Source of the DNA: a virus
DNA: 64,000 bases
Strand: one strand, 5' to 3'
Virus record (IMG/VR): IMGVR_UViG_3300006928_000001
Coordinates: 32,001 to 96,000 of that record
Shown: piece after piece, positions 39,596 through 49,500 of the stretch
Layout of the letters: the number at the start of each line of letters is the position of its first letter
How positions within the stretch are numbered: position 1 is the stretch's first letter
The notes under the pieces: generated by a model
The model's database searches: none
Told to the model about the DNA's origin: nothing
Seen by the model: only the letters and a program-made list of their open reading frames with translations
Program-made: the position numbers and the translations under genes

Positions 39596-40130
39596 GGTTT
39601 ACCTCTTTTGATTAGACTAATCAGTTTAATTATGCTATCTTGTGGACAAGTTTTGGCCTACGACTGGGTAGATTCGTTGGTATTCGTGAGTGGTCGAGTG
39701 GGGTCGATTGGTAGACTGGCTGGTCTTTTTATGAATTCGGATGGGCTTCGTGGACACTTTTTGGTCTACGAGGTGAGTTCTCGTTGTATTAAACCAGGCG
39801 GTCTATTAATGAGGTTCATAAGGTAGGCGCGCGGGCGATTTTGCGACTTGTCGTGCGGCCCTCGATCAACCATGCCCCAACCTCGCGCATCGTTTTTCGC
39901 ACTCTCCACAGTCCAATTTCGCACTCAACACAATTACGCCTTGCCTCGGCGCGCCCTCCGATTGTGCGGCGGACGCCAGGCCGGCACCTCTTCGGGCCAC
40001 CCCACCACGCACATCGCGAACATCAACGCGTCAGGCCTCAGCTGAGGATGCTTGAGCTTCGCACGGTACATGTGGAGCACCCGACGGCTCTGACTCTCGC
40101 GAGAAAGAGCGTCGGTGATGATGACATCAA

Positions 40131-40424
40131 TCACTGCGACACCACAAAGTGCACCGTGGTGGGCACCCCACAAACATCGACGTTACTGTGCAGGTTGCCA
40201 TGCGGAATAACCTTGGCGTATCGCTCGTGGTGACAGGACTCGAAGTCGAATGCCTCACCCACACCAGCCACGGCCAGAGCAAGGTTATGCTCGTCTCGCG
40301 GCCAGTGGACACGCATTCCGACAACGCGGCCCTTTTCGTCCTCAGCAAGATCGAACTCAACGGTCAGCTCGATGCAGTAGTAAAAACCGAGGGCGATGAA
40401 TGCGTTTTCAACTGGGTGAGTCAT
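40131..40424 (-). CDS. hypothetical early protein
   Basis: GGAGGTAAAC-ATG; TATACT promoter element at 40441-40446. Confidence 0.6.
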   Translation of the reverse strand: MTHPVENAFIALGFYYCIELTVEFDLAEDEKGRVVGMRVHWPRDEHNLALAVAGVGEAFDFESCHHERYAKVIPHGNLHSNVDVCGVPTTVHFVVSQ

Positions 40425-40484
40425 GTTTACCTCCTATGATAGTATAACCCGTACGAGCTACGCTACCAGAGTTTTTTCGAAAAT

Positions 40485-40727
40485 CTATTCGAATGAACCG
40501 TGCATCACGGTAATGTACCACACACCGTCACCGTGCTTGACAAATCGAACCACACCGTTTGGGATGGTGGCTTCGTACGTCGAACAGTCAGCACGAATGC
40601 GTTCGAGCTTTGTGTAGTAACACCGCTCAACATCAGCCTGAATGCCCGCAGCCTCTTCGGCTGAGAAGATCATCGTGAGACTGAGTTTGACACCGCGCTC
40701 AACAGACAGGATGGCTTGCCAGAACAT
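40485..40727 (-). CDS. hypothetical early protein
   Basis: AGGAGG SD before MFWQAI. Confidence 0.55.
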   Translation of the reverse strand: MFWQAILSVERGVKLSLTMIFSAEEAAGIQADVERCYYTKLERIRADCSTYEATIPNGVVRFVKHGDGVWYITVMHGSFE

Positions 40728-40752
40728 TGGTCTGTTCCTCCTTGAAAGAGTT

Positions 40753-41217
40753 CTACTTGCGCTCCCACGGCGGGCGGGTGTCACCACCAACCCAGTCGTG
40801 CTCGTACCGGTCCCGCATCCGAGCGATGGCCTCCACCGGCACACCGTGCGCGTTCCTGGCGGCCAGCTCTTCGTTGGACAGTCCACCGTCGAACATGTCG
40901 AGGACGTGCACCCGAGCACCGAGCTCTTCGGCGAGCTCCAGATAGGGCTGCATCTCCCAACGCTGGGTGAAGGTGTTCGAGACGATCGCCTTGCCATGAC
41001 TAACAAGCGCCTGACGGGTCTTACCAAGGCACCAGGCGTGCGCCTCGGGCAGCTTCTTCGGGTCGAAGTTGTACTCGCCAGTATCGCGGTCGACGAAGTA
41101 CATGTCGGCCTCGACCATTTCGTGACCGAGCATCCCGGCCACGGTCGTCTTACCGACGCCCGAGAGCCCGCGGACGAGAATCAAGACCTTCTTACCAGAA
41201 AACTCAGTGTTGTCCAT
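40753..41217 (-). CDS. P-loop kinase (AAA_33 / N4BP2-like polynucleotide-kinase family)
   Basis: LILVRGLSGVGKTT, EADMYF, AHAWC, VSNTF, RNAHGVP. Confidence 0.8.
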   Translation of the reverse strand: MDNTEFSGKKVLILVRGLSGVGKTTVAGMLGHEMVEADMYFVDRDTGEYNFDPKKLPEAHAWCLGKTRQALVSHGKAIVSNTFTQRWEMQPYLELAEELGARVHVLDMFDGGLSNEELAARNAHGVPVEAIARMRDRYEHDWVGGDTRPPWERK

Positions 41218-41280
41218 GTTTACCTCCTACGGTAGTGTAACACACTTTTCGAAGCTGTGTACAAACTTGTCGTGCTTTTT

Positions 41281-42099
41281 CTACAGAGGACGCACGTCCA
41301 CATCATCACCGGTGATGCACGACAGCCGTTCGCCATCATTTCCATGAAGCAAAACGTACATCTCCGTGTTGTACACATAGACCTCACGGTCTTCCTTCGT
41401 GTACCCACAGAGATCGAACACCCTCTTGCAGCCAGGGTCAGGATGGACCATGACTTCGGTGATGATCATCCGCTTGTTGCGGTGAATGACCACGTGGACC
41501 TCATCATCAATCCAGATCGGGTCGTCGTCCTCAAGGCACCCAGGGTCCACGAGCACCTTGGTCAGGTTACCCTGGTACACCTCGAGGAATTCTCGAAGCA
41601 TCTCCCACTCAGTTGAGCCTGGCCCTTCGATCGGGTCGTCGTCAGACTGGACGTCCTCGGCGGCCTTCAGGCAGGACAGGGCCTCGTCGACATGCTTGAG
41701 CGAGTGGATCGCGTAGTCCGCGTAGTCGAACTCCTTGATGCCAACGTGGAGACCATTCAGCTCAGGCACGAGCTCTCCACCCATCGGAGTGCCCGATCCA
41801 TCGCGTGGTCCCTCGGCTCTGTATCCGAGCGTCTCGTCACTGGTGTTGGAGATGAAACCATCATCCCACTCAACCTCAGCGACGTAGGAGACGAACGACT
41901 CATCATCGATGATGTCGACTTCGACACAGTCGATCAGCTTGCCAACCAGGTGTGGGTGCGATTCGCACTTCGTAACCCTCAGTTGGTACCAGGTAACACC
42001 CGCGGCGGTCGCTCCGTTCACTTCGACCTCCAGGCCGATCAGCCAGGAGCCGCGAACGTTGATGTCGGTCTTGTGATGAAATGCTCTGTTTTGTGTCAT
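41281..42099 (-). CDS. acidic hypothetical early protein
   Basis: GAGGTAAC SD; 272 aa. Confidence 0.6.
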   Translation of the reverse strand: MTQNRAFHHKTDINVRGSWLIGLEVEVNGATAAGVTWYQLRVTKCESHPHLVGKLIDCVEVDIIDDESFVSYVAEVEWDDGFISNTSDETLGYRAEGPRDGSGTPMGGELVPELNGLHVGIKEFDYADYAIHSLKHVDEALSCLKAAEDVQSDDDPIEGPGSTEWEMLREFLEVYQGNLTKVLVDPGCLEDDDPIWIDDEVHVVIHRNKRMIITEVMVHPDPGCKRVFDLCGYTKEDREVYVYNTEMYVLLHGNDGERLSCITGDDVDVRPL

Positions 42100-42415
42100 T
42101 TGAGTTACCTCTCTAGACTAGTTTAGAGACTAGACTTATTATCAATAGTAGGTTGCCACGAAGGTGTGGACGGACCCTCATGACCGGAATGGTCAGAGTG
42201 TTCCCAGTACGTCCCGTCCGGTTCGATCAAAGCGTTGTAACCTTGCTCTTCAGCCAGGTCGAGGGCAGCCGAGAAGGCCTCATCTTCGAAGTAGTCCGGG
42301 TAGCGGTCGACATCATCACCTCGAATCGGCGCGTCGTGCACTTCACCATCCGAGAGATGCAGGCGAACCGTGTCAGACTCGATTCGTTCGTACTTGACGA
42401 CATGAAGCAGCTTGC

Positions 42416-42571
42416 TCACTTGGACCCCCTGAACTGTCGCCAGGCCGAGACAAACAGGTTGATGAGCGCGAAGGTCACACTGACCATGCCAGCCAGGAGC
42501 ATCAGGCAGGCGACCATGAACTTGACGAGCAGAAGGCCGATGGTCAGAACATTTTTGATGGTGTCGATCAT
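42416..42571 (-). CDS. 51-aa membrane protein (not in ORF track)
   Basis: GAGGTAACCAAC-ATG; MIDTIKNVLTIGLLLVKFMVACLMLLAGMVSVTFALINLFVSAWRQFRGSK. Confidence 0.55.
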   Translation of the reverse strand: MIDTIKNVLTIGLLLVKFMVACLMLLAGMVSVTFALINLFVSAWRQFRGSK

Positions 42572-42586
42572 GTTGGTTACCTCAGA

Positions 42587-42862
42587 CTAGTTGTTGAAGA
42601 AGTTGGCCACATCGGCCGAGTGAGCTCCCACATTGACCTTCATCTTGCCATTGTGGTTGGGCTGGTCATCCGTGAGATCAGCCTTATCGATACCATACAG
42701 GCTGCACAGGTCATTGGCTGTTCTCTCGCGCTCATCATCATTGAGCTCACGAGCTCCCAGACTCAGGCCGAGCAGGAAGGCCTTGCGTTCAGCCTTGGTG
42801 TTCAGTCGCTCGAGGTTGTCCTCGGCGAGCTTTCGGAAGGTCAGTCGGTCGAGCTTGGTCAT
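42587..42862 (-). CDS. hypothetical early protein
   Basis: GAGGTAACCAA-ATG. Confidence 0.6.
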   Translation of the reverse strand: MTKLDRLTFRKLAEDNLERLNTKAERKAFLLGLSLGARELNDDERERTANDLCSLYGIDKADLTDDQPNHNGKMKVNVGAHSADVANFFNN

Positions 42863-43228
42863 TTGGTTACCTCTTCGGTTTGTTGGCTGGCTAGCCAGGT
42901 TTCTTTATCAATTTGGCCAATAATCCGTTTCTTATACCAGAAACGGATTATTTGGTTTTTCTTATCGAATTCCGTTGTTACCCCAGCTTTATTTGCTAAT
43001 TTAGCGGCGGGGTTGATTTGACGGATTTTGGCCCCTTTACGGTGCACCTTCCAAACGTCGGACGGGCCCCACCCTATAGAGGATGCGCCATTCTGGGCAT
43101 TTTCTAGACCCCTTTCGGGGTCATACTCGACGGTGGAAACCATAGGTACACACTTTATCACGGGTTGGTCGAAAACAGGGGCTATAAACGAAATAACCCC
43201 GGTAAATAGCCAAAGGGCTAATCCGGGG

Positions 43229-43558
43229 TTATTTCTTTTGGTTTTTAATCAGGTTTCGGTTTTGCTGACGTTGCCTTTCTGCTAGTCGTTTGTGCAAATC
43301 CGAATGTTTGGAAACTTGGAATTTACCAGCGTTTGGGGCTGGATATTTCCTTTTCCATTCGATATCAGTTAGCCATTTACGGTCGTTAGCATCCCATGTC
43401 CATTCTAGAGATATTCTAGATTCTTTAATTGGAATCCATACCGTTTGCCCACTAGGGGCTTTCCACGGGAACCGTTTACCAGTCTTTACCCGATAAGTTA
43501 GGGTTCTGGTTTGGCCGTGGAAAGCCCCTATATATTCTGGTTTAGGCAATTGAGGCAT
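43229..43558 (-). CDS. basic hypothetical early protein
   Basis: TAATG coupling; W/K-rich. Confidence 0.55.
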   Translation of the reverse strand: MPQLPKPEYIGAFHGQTRTLTYRVKTGKRFPWKAPSGQTVWIPIKESRISLEWTWDANDRKWLTDIEWKRKYPAPNAGKFQVSKHSDLHKRLAERQRQQNRNLIKNQKK

Positions 43559-43788
43559 TATGCCGCCAATTGGTCAAACCAAATTTTATCGAGTACGGCT
43601 GTTACCTCCATTTGGACGATATAGGTTAGCCAATCCTCCGGATGATACCAATCCTCCAAAAGTGGGGTTATATACTCCATTACAATCTCCCCATTATAGT
43701 ACGCAATAAGTACACGTTCGTTGGGGTCGATATGGTCAATTTGGGCGACACTCCACATATTTACCTCCAATTTGGGTTGGTTTAGAAA

Positions 43789-43838
43789 CCCAAATAGCCC
43801 TTGGATTAATCATATGACTAATCCAAGGGCTATTTGGG
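43789..43838. repeat. perfect 20-bp inverted repeat upstream of an early gene
   Basis: cccaaatagcccttggatta-N10-taatccaagggctatttggg. Confidence 0.85.
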
Positions 43839-43870
43839 GCCCTAAGGCCCCACCAGATAACCAATCTGGT

Positions 43871-44275
43871 TTACTTTCCGAAGAAACTAGAGATAGCGTC
43901 TGCCATCTTTCCGGTGGTAGGGATATCCAGGTTCATTCGGCCACCCCGTCCGGAGGTTACCGGGTAATGAGTAGAGTACTTCGGACGGTACTTATCCGGG
44001 TTACGGAATCGACACAGGTGGTGAGAAGCCGTCTTAGTAGACCCTTCCGGGTCGATGGTATCCAGGATAGACTGAATATCCTCGGTAGTACCCTTACCCA
44101 GCAGGATATCCCAGAATACTGCGACGGTGTGTTCCTTGGTTTCCAAGGTGGAAAGGATAATAGCCGTACCCGTTTCCAGGTTAGGGGCTTCCTTACCGTA
44201 CTTACGGTTAAGGTAATCGTTGATTCCAGCGAGAGTAAGCTTAGAAGCGACGGCCTTAACGATATCGGTGGACAT
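43871..44275 (-). CDS. hypothetical early protein
   Basis: GAGGTAAAT-ATG (MSTDIVK). Confidence 0.6.
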   Translation of the reverse strand: MSTDIVKAVASKLTLAGINDYLNRKYGKEAPNLETGTAIILSTLETKEHTVAVFWDILLGKGTTEDIQSILDTIDPEGSTKTASHHLCRFRNPDKYRPKYSTHYPVTSGRGGRMNLDIPTTGKMADAISSFFGK

Positions 44276-44300
44276 ATTTACCTCATTCTCTATTGGGGTT

Positions 44301-44357
44301 GGATTACCCCTATCAGTACCTAACCGTTTGGTGGTTAGGTACTGATACCGGTAATCC
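44301..44357. repeat. 8+15-bp inverted repeat upstream of an early gene
   Basis: ggattacc-cc-tatcagtacctaacc-N7-ggttaggtactgata-cc-ggtaatcc. Confidence 0.85.
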
Positions 44358-44659
44358 ATCCGGTAGCTATCTACTAGGTTAGTTCCAATAAATAGCGTTA
44401 GCTGCGTATACCCTATCGGTATACTCACGTTGCTTACGGGTTAGGTGCCTAGTATGGTGATAGCTATTGGTTAGATTAAAGAACCAACCAATAAGTCTAA
44501 AGGAAGTGGAAGCTAGAAGGCTAGCCAAGGTGACTAGCCCAATAGCAGTAACGGTGATAAGGAAGCCTCTCACCTTACCAACCTACCCAATACCGGGTAG
44601 ACCGGTAAGAGAGATAGAGACCGACCAACAGGACCAACATGGACATAAGACACAACATC

Positions 44660-45040
44660 TTCTTTACCTCCATTAGAACCATCGGTTAGCTAACCGTCCG
44701 ATACAAGAGGACGGTTCGGTTAGTAACCGATAGCTCTAAGGGAGGGGCCACCCTAAAGGTGGCCAATGCCCAATACATATAGAGCTTTCAAAGAAGATGA
44801 CCGCCGGGGCGTCCATCGCTCGGATACCCCCTCTGGGGCCTCACCCATGCTACCCAAAAAATATTTTCATGATGTTTTCCAAACTGGTTTTCTAATTAAT
44901 TAAAAAGAAAAAAATCTATTTCAAACTCACTTTTCCATTTCGGACCATCGACCCTCTCAATCCTCGTGCCGTCACACCGCACCCCAACGAACCTACGAAC
45001 ACCCTCCGCCTAAGCTATGAGGGTTACTATCCTTCCATCA
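44660..45040. other. divergent transcription junction, candidate genome terminus/packaging region
   Basis: Strand switch; hairpins; GC patch followed by A/T tracts (aaaaaatatttt, ttaattaaaaagaaaaaaa). Confidence 0.45.
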
Positions 45041-45528
45041 TGCAAGGAGTGCATAATATGGCCAGAGGACAAGTCATCAGAGGAACGATGGACGGCGGTA
45101 GCATGTCTGACGACACGGTGCCAGCATACGTCACGGTCTACTCAACTGACGACCAGGTGGGTAACATTCCTCTTGGTTCTGAAGTTGTCGTGATGCAGCT
45201 CAAAGACGTCGAGAACCTGTTGTCACTAGAGCTGCTTAAGCACACCGCTGCTGCGTCTTTCCTGGAGGAAATCATCAATGGATGACAAGCGAGTCTACAT
45301 GTTTGACACAGCAATCGAAGACAACGACCTTCGCAAAGACCTTGAGATGAAGGCCCAAGCAACCGGTCGAGAAGCCGTTTTTGGAACCCCTCCGTCGGAT
45401 GCCCGACGATTCGATTCTCCTGACGAGCTCCAACAGGCGCTCCTTGCAGAGCTGGAACGTCGGCCTGGTGAAAACAGGAAGCAGCATAGGAAGCGTCTTC
45501 GTGACATGCGAAGTAAGAGGAACCGCAA

Positions 45529-46053
45529 ATGAGTACTTACACCATTCGCTGCAGCCGTTGTCAAGCTAGTACTCGAATTTCGAGAAACCACGTCGGTGAC
45601 GTACATTGTTCTAGCTGTGGACATCAGTTCTCGGTAGAGAACGATAATTTCAGCGAAATGTCTACGGAAGATTTGACACAGCTATTCAATGACCTTGAGC
45701 CAGCAGCAGCAGACTTTGTTCCTGGTACTGGTATGAGCATGGCTTCGGTTCTTCGCAGGAACGCGATTCTTGAAGAGCTACTTAAGCGGGCTAAGCAGGA
45801 AGTGCCATCTATCGGTGCTAAGATTCAAGTTCTCAGTAAGGACCATGACGCTGGAGCATTCGAGTTGCAGGGCATGGAAGGCCGGTCAATTCCATGCAAC
45901 ATCAGGGCGTACCGTGATATTGATGCGTCCGTCGAAGTCATGCTAACAATGGAAGTCAACAAGGGCGCAGACGTAATGTGGCGGCTAACCGCTGTCGGCG
46001 CACACCAGTTGATTACTGAATTGCAGTCTATCCTTGTGGAGATTACAGCGTAA
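45529..46053 (+). CDS. zinc-ribbon protein
   Basis: CSRC...CSSC. Confidence 0.55.
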   Translation: MSTYTIRCSRCQASTRISRNHVGDVHCSSCGHQFSVENDNFSEMSTEDLTQLFNDLEPAAADFVPGTGMSMASVLRRNAILEELLKRAKQEVPSIGAKIQVLSKDHDAGAFELQGMEGRSIPCNIRAYRDIDASVEVMLTMEVNKGADVMWRLTAVGAHQLITELQSILVEITA

Positions 46054-46128
46054 CTGAAAAAATCCCCGACGCCGCACGGCGAAGGAACCTCCATCCACCA
46101 ATAGAGGAAATCAAAAAGGAGAGGAGTA

Positions 46129-46479
46129 ATGTCTCGCACCAGAAGTCTTGAGGATCCGTTCACAGTAATGATGCCGCGGTTTCTCACTGTAGGCGAAGCA
46201 GTTTGGCTAGAGCGGCCGTGGCACTTCGAGCTTATCAAGGAAAAGCGTAACCAAGCGTTTGGACTGCATCTAACTGGCTCTGCGCTGTGGGAACAGCAAA
46301 AAGTCACCATCCCGGGTGGTACGTTGCTTGTGGTTAAGCGGGTGTACATTCGTGCAGGAGCCCAAGCAGACTTTAACAGTGTGACGTTTCAGGTGAATCC
46401 AGGTCTGAAGAACACCAAGTTGAAGGGTCGCTTTTTCGTACGCCTTGATGACGTACACAACATGAGATTTTACCAGTAG
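46129..46479 (+). CDS. hypothetical protein
   Basis: Strong GGAGAGGAG SD. Confidence 0.6.
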   Translation: MSRTRSLEDPFTVMMPRFLTVGEAVWLERPWHFELIKEKRNQAFGLHLTGSALWEQQKVTIPGGTLLVVKRVYIRAGAQADFNSVTFQVNPGLKNTKLKGRFFVRLDDVHNMRFYQ

Positions 46480-46710
46480 GAGGAGTAGTGCAGTCAGTTA
46501 CAATACAATTTGAATACGAGACACGTATCCTCACTGCCGAAGGCATCCAGGAAATGGAAAACGAGTCAGGATGGTCACTTGTGTCAGCCAGTGTGCTTGA
46601 CCCAGATAAACATGAGCAATTCATCAAATGGGTTTGTCTTGTAAGACGTCCCATTGTACGTAACACTTTGACGCTTGACGCAATTCGTGAAATGAAGAGG
46701 AGTCACTCCG

Positions 46711-48513
46711 ATGAACAGTCGTAACTTGAAGCCCAGCGACCAGCTGGAGATGATCGCGGATAACATCCGTACCGGCAATAAGGCCGGTGAAATCACAGCC
46801 CTTGGAGCCTGCGTGTTCGCTGGTGGGTTTAGCTTCGGCTTGGAAGAAGCTGGGTTGAAGGTGTGCGGGCATTTTGAGCTCACTGACCTTGAGCTAGGTG
46901 CAGAGACTTCGGCAGCGAAGTGGCCTGTTCTAGTGGCTCCGCTGGAGAAGGGGTACGAGCCGAATAGTGCGTTTCCTACTGACCCCACGACCTGGCAGAG
47001 TGCTATTACGTACCTGAAGGATAACGACGCCATCCCTCGGGTGATGTTCTGCAATCCCCCATGTGCTGCTTTCGCCAAGAATGGTGCTCGTGGTGGCATG
47101 GATGATAACGACAACATGTGTTACAGTCGTTACGTCACCTACCAGCTATGTATGAAGATTCAGCCGGAAGTGTGGATGTGGGAGCTCGTGCCTGGCATCT
47201 TCGAGGATACCAAGGATGGTGGCCGTGACTTCCTCGACAAGATGGCTGAGGAGGCTCAGGCCAACGGCTATGAGGTTCACTACTTCCTGACCTCCGCTGC
47301 TCACCACGGTGGGTACCAGAATCGTCCTCGGTTCCACTTTGTGGCCTCCAAGGTAGGTCTGGACTGGGCTGGTACCTACAAGGAGGATGGAGATGAGCAT
47401 AAGGGGTGGAAAACGCTAGGAGAATGCCTTGATAAGCTCGAGCAATACATCGCAGAGAACGGCCCAGTGCCGAATCATGAAGGTGAACGCATCTCTGGAG
47501 GGGCACTCCTGGACATTATCCCGTTTTGCCCGCCCGGTGGCTACCTCCGGGACGTCAAAGACGAACTCATGGAGAAGCATTATCGGCCCCGTGGACAGCC
47601 GTGGAATGGTCAGAGTCGTGCCGGTGTGACACAGTTGCGCGGTCGTCGAGACCGTACTAGTCCAGTCATCATCGGTGGTCACACAGTTATTCATCCTGAG
47701 AAGAACCGTTTCCTTACGATCCGTGAATCCGCAGCTGTTATGGGTTTCCCGTACGACTACCAGTTCAGTCACGGTAGCAAGGGCTACGCAGAAGTCGGCA
47801 AGGGACTCTGTACGCACAACGCTAGGTTCCTTGGTCTGACGGTGAAGACTGGCATCGAGCTTCAGGAAGCTGGTAACGGCATTACGGTCGACACGACCAA
47901 GGTGCACGTCGTTGACTGGCGTGGCCAGGTCAAGGTTCCTAGTCAGTCCTCTACTGACGAGGAGCGAATCGAGTGGTTCAAGAAGCGTCACCCTGAGTTG
48001 GACCCGCAGCTTGGTTTGGCTCGGCCTAAGCGTGGGCCTGGTCGCCCGAAGGGTGGTAGTTCGCGACGTGGTCGTCGTGGCCGCGGAGGTCCTAAGACTG
48101 TTCTCATTATCGGTGACAACGAAGAGCTCCAGGAAACCTTGGAGAAGATGGAGTTTAACGTCGAGATGGATGACCTCGACAACATCGAGATGGACGACCT
48201 TCCTGAGGTTCTCGGTAAGGCGGGGCGCTCTCACTGCATTGTCGTGAGGGGGCCTTCCTGGGATACACAGGAGTTTATGGTTCTCGGTGCGTGTCTGGCT
48301 CAAGGGACGCGACTGGTTCTGTACAACTTTGCAGGACTTCCGGAAGGAGTCCCGGATCATGCGTCTATTACCGTGTCTGGTAAGAACAAGACGACGGCTG
48401 TGGCACCAATTATCGCGCAGGCTCTTGGTATGAGTGCCGAGGATGTGCTTAGCAAGATGATGGAAGGGCAGGATGCTGCATCTCTCCTGGCGAAGCTGTT
48501 GGAGGCGTCGTAA
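46711..48513 (+). CDS. cytosine-C5 DNA methyltransferase-fold enzyme, paralogue 2, with AT-hook/RG linker and C-terminal alpha/beta domain
   Basis: CVFAGGFSFG, NPPCA, WELV, QNRPR, RFLTIRES...GFP, EVGKGL; then KRGPGRPKGG..RRGRRGRGG. Confidence 0.85.
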   Translation: MNSRNLKPSDQLEMIADNIRTGNKAGEITALGACVFAGGFSFGLEEAGLKVCGHFELTDLELGAETSAAKWPVLVAPLEKGYEPNSAFPTDPTTWQSAITYLKDNDAIPRVMFCNPPCAAFAKNGARGGMDDNDNMCYSRYVTYQLCMKIQPEVWMWELVPGIFEDTKDGGRDFLDKMAEEAQANGYEVHYFLTSAAHHGGYQNRPRFHFVASKVGLDWAGTYKEDGDEHKGWKTLGECLDKLEQYIAENGPVPNHEGERISGGALLDIIPFCPPGGYLRDVKDELMEKHYRPRGQPWNGQSRAGVTQLRGRRDRTSPVIIGGHTVIHPEKNRFLTIRESAAVMGFPYDYQFSHGSKGYAEVGKGLCTHNARFLGLTVKTGIELQEAGNGITVDTTKVHVVDWRGQVKVPSQSSTDEERIEWFKKRHPELDPQLGLARPKRGPGRPKGGSSRRGRRGRGGPKTVLIIGDNEELQETLEKMEFNVEMDDLDNIEMDDLPEVLGKAGRSHCIVVRGPSWDTQEFMVLGACLAQGTRLVLYNFAGLPEGVPDHASITVSGKNKTTAVAPIIAQALGMSAEDVLSKMMEGQDAASLLAKLLEAS

Positions 48514-48959
48514 TGGCTGACTTTTGTCATGACTTCGACCCTGGTGGTCTCGGTGGGTATCACCCGTTAGGCGATTTTTCTTGGGCTCTTGAAAAGTGGG
48601 GATCGAAGCTAAAGGTGGACGAATTTGTTAGACTTGGTCTTTGCGAAGGTCATGGATGCGGGGTTGCCCTAGAGAGGCACGAAGATGGTTTAACATTAGT
48701 CCACTACGAGTTTTCCGACTTCCCTCTTACAGATGGTGAAGAAGTTCCTCCACCAAAGAAGATTCCTGAGTCGTTTACAGTGACTCCTGAAGTCATACTA
48801 GAGGTTGAAATACAGAATTTTACTCAGCAGATGCTAGTTCAGCAAATTAGTGAGGGGCACTTCGACGAAAATCTTGATCACGTACTAAAGGTGGCGGATA
48901 AGTTCGAGCGGTATGAAGTTGTTGAGGCTGTTCATTCGCGTCAGGAGAAAATTCAATGA
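48513..48959 (+). CDS. hypothetical protein
   Basis: TAATG-coupled to the MTase; DFC...LCEGHGC. Confidence 0.6.
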   Translation: MADFCHDFDPGGLGGYHPLGDFSWALEKWGSKLKVDEFVRLGLCEGHGCGVALERHEDGLTLVHYEFSDFPLTDGEEVPPPKKIPESFTVTPEVILEVEIQNFTQQMLVQQISEGHFDENLDHVLKVADKFERYEVVEAVHSRQEKIQ

Positions 48960-49258
48960 GTTCTGAAGAAGAAACCAAGACCACTGAAATTCAGCTCGAC
49001 CCTGAACGAGTTCAGTATCTTGCTACTAAGGTCATGGAACTGCTGGAAGAAGAAGGCGCTAAGAACGAAGAACTGATGGTCGTCCTGCCGATTGTCGCGT
49101 CTTCTGTCATTCTCAACTTTACTGCGGACTATCAGTGCGCCGTTGGTTCTGCTGCTAGTACGTTCATGCAAAAAGTGGACCATTTTGTCATGGTTTCCAT
49201 CCAGGATGCACTTGAGAAGGGCACTGCTGACCTTGTGGAACCTAAGTCTGATGGTTAA
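48956..49258 (+). CDS. hypothetical protein
   Basis: ATGA coupling. Confidence 0.55.
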   Translation: MSSEEETKTTEIQLDPERVQYLATKVMELLEEEGAKNEELMVVLPIVASSVILNFTADYQCAVGSAASTFMQKVDHFVMVSIQDALEKGTADLVEPKSDG

Positions 49259-49500
49259 GGTACCAGGATTTGATATTGCAGCAGCCACTCTCTGGGCGTT
49301 CCATGAGAGTGGCTGCTGGATGGCTCTACGTTGTAATATCGCGTGCAACGGGTGGGAAAGTTCGCTAGGTCAATTCTTCGAGCCTGGTTCTATGCTCGGT
49401 GATGGATGGACCTTCATTCCGGGCCGGTCTGAGGACCAACTACCAATCAAACCTGAAAGACGCATCCAAGTACAGCAGATTAAATGGGAGAACATGACGC

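Noticed and set aside
39623-39651. Promoter TTGTCC/TAAACT upstream of 39595
   Set aside because: Spacer is only 15 nt, so it is not counted in the promoter family
43789-44357. Long hairpins as intrinsic terminators or CRISPR repeats
   Set aside because: No U-tracts, and no shared sequence between the hairpins
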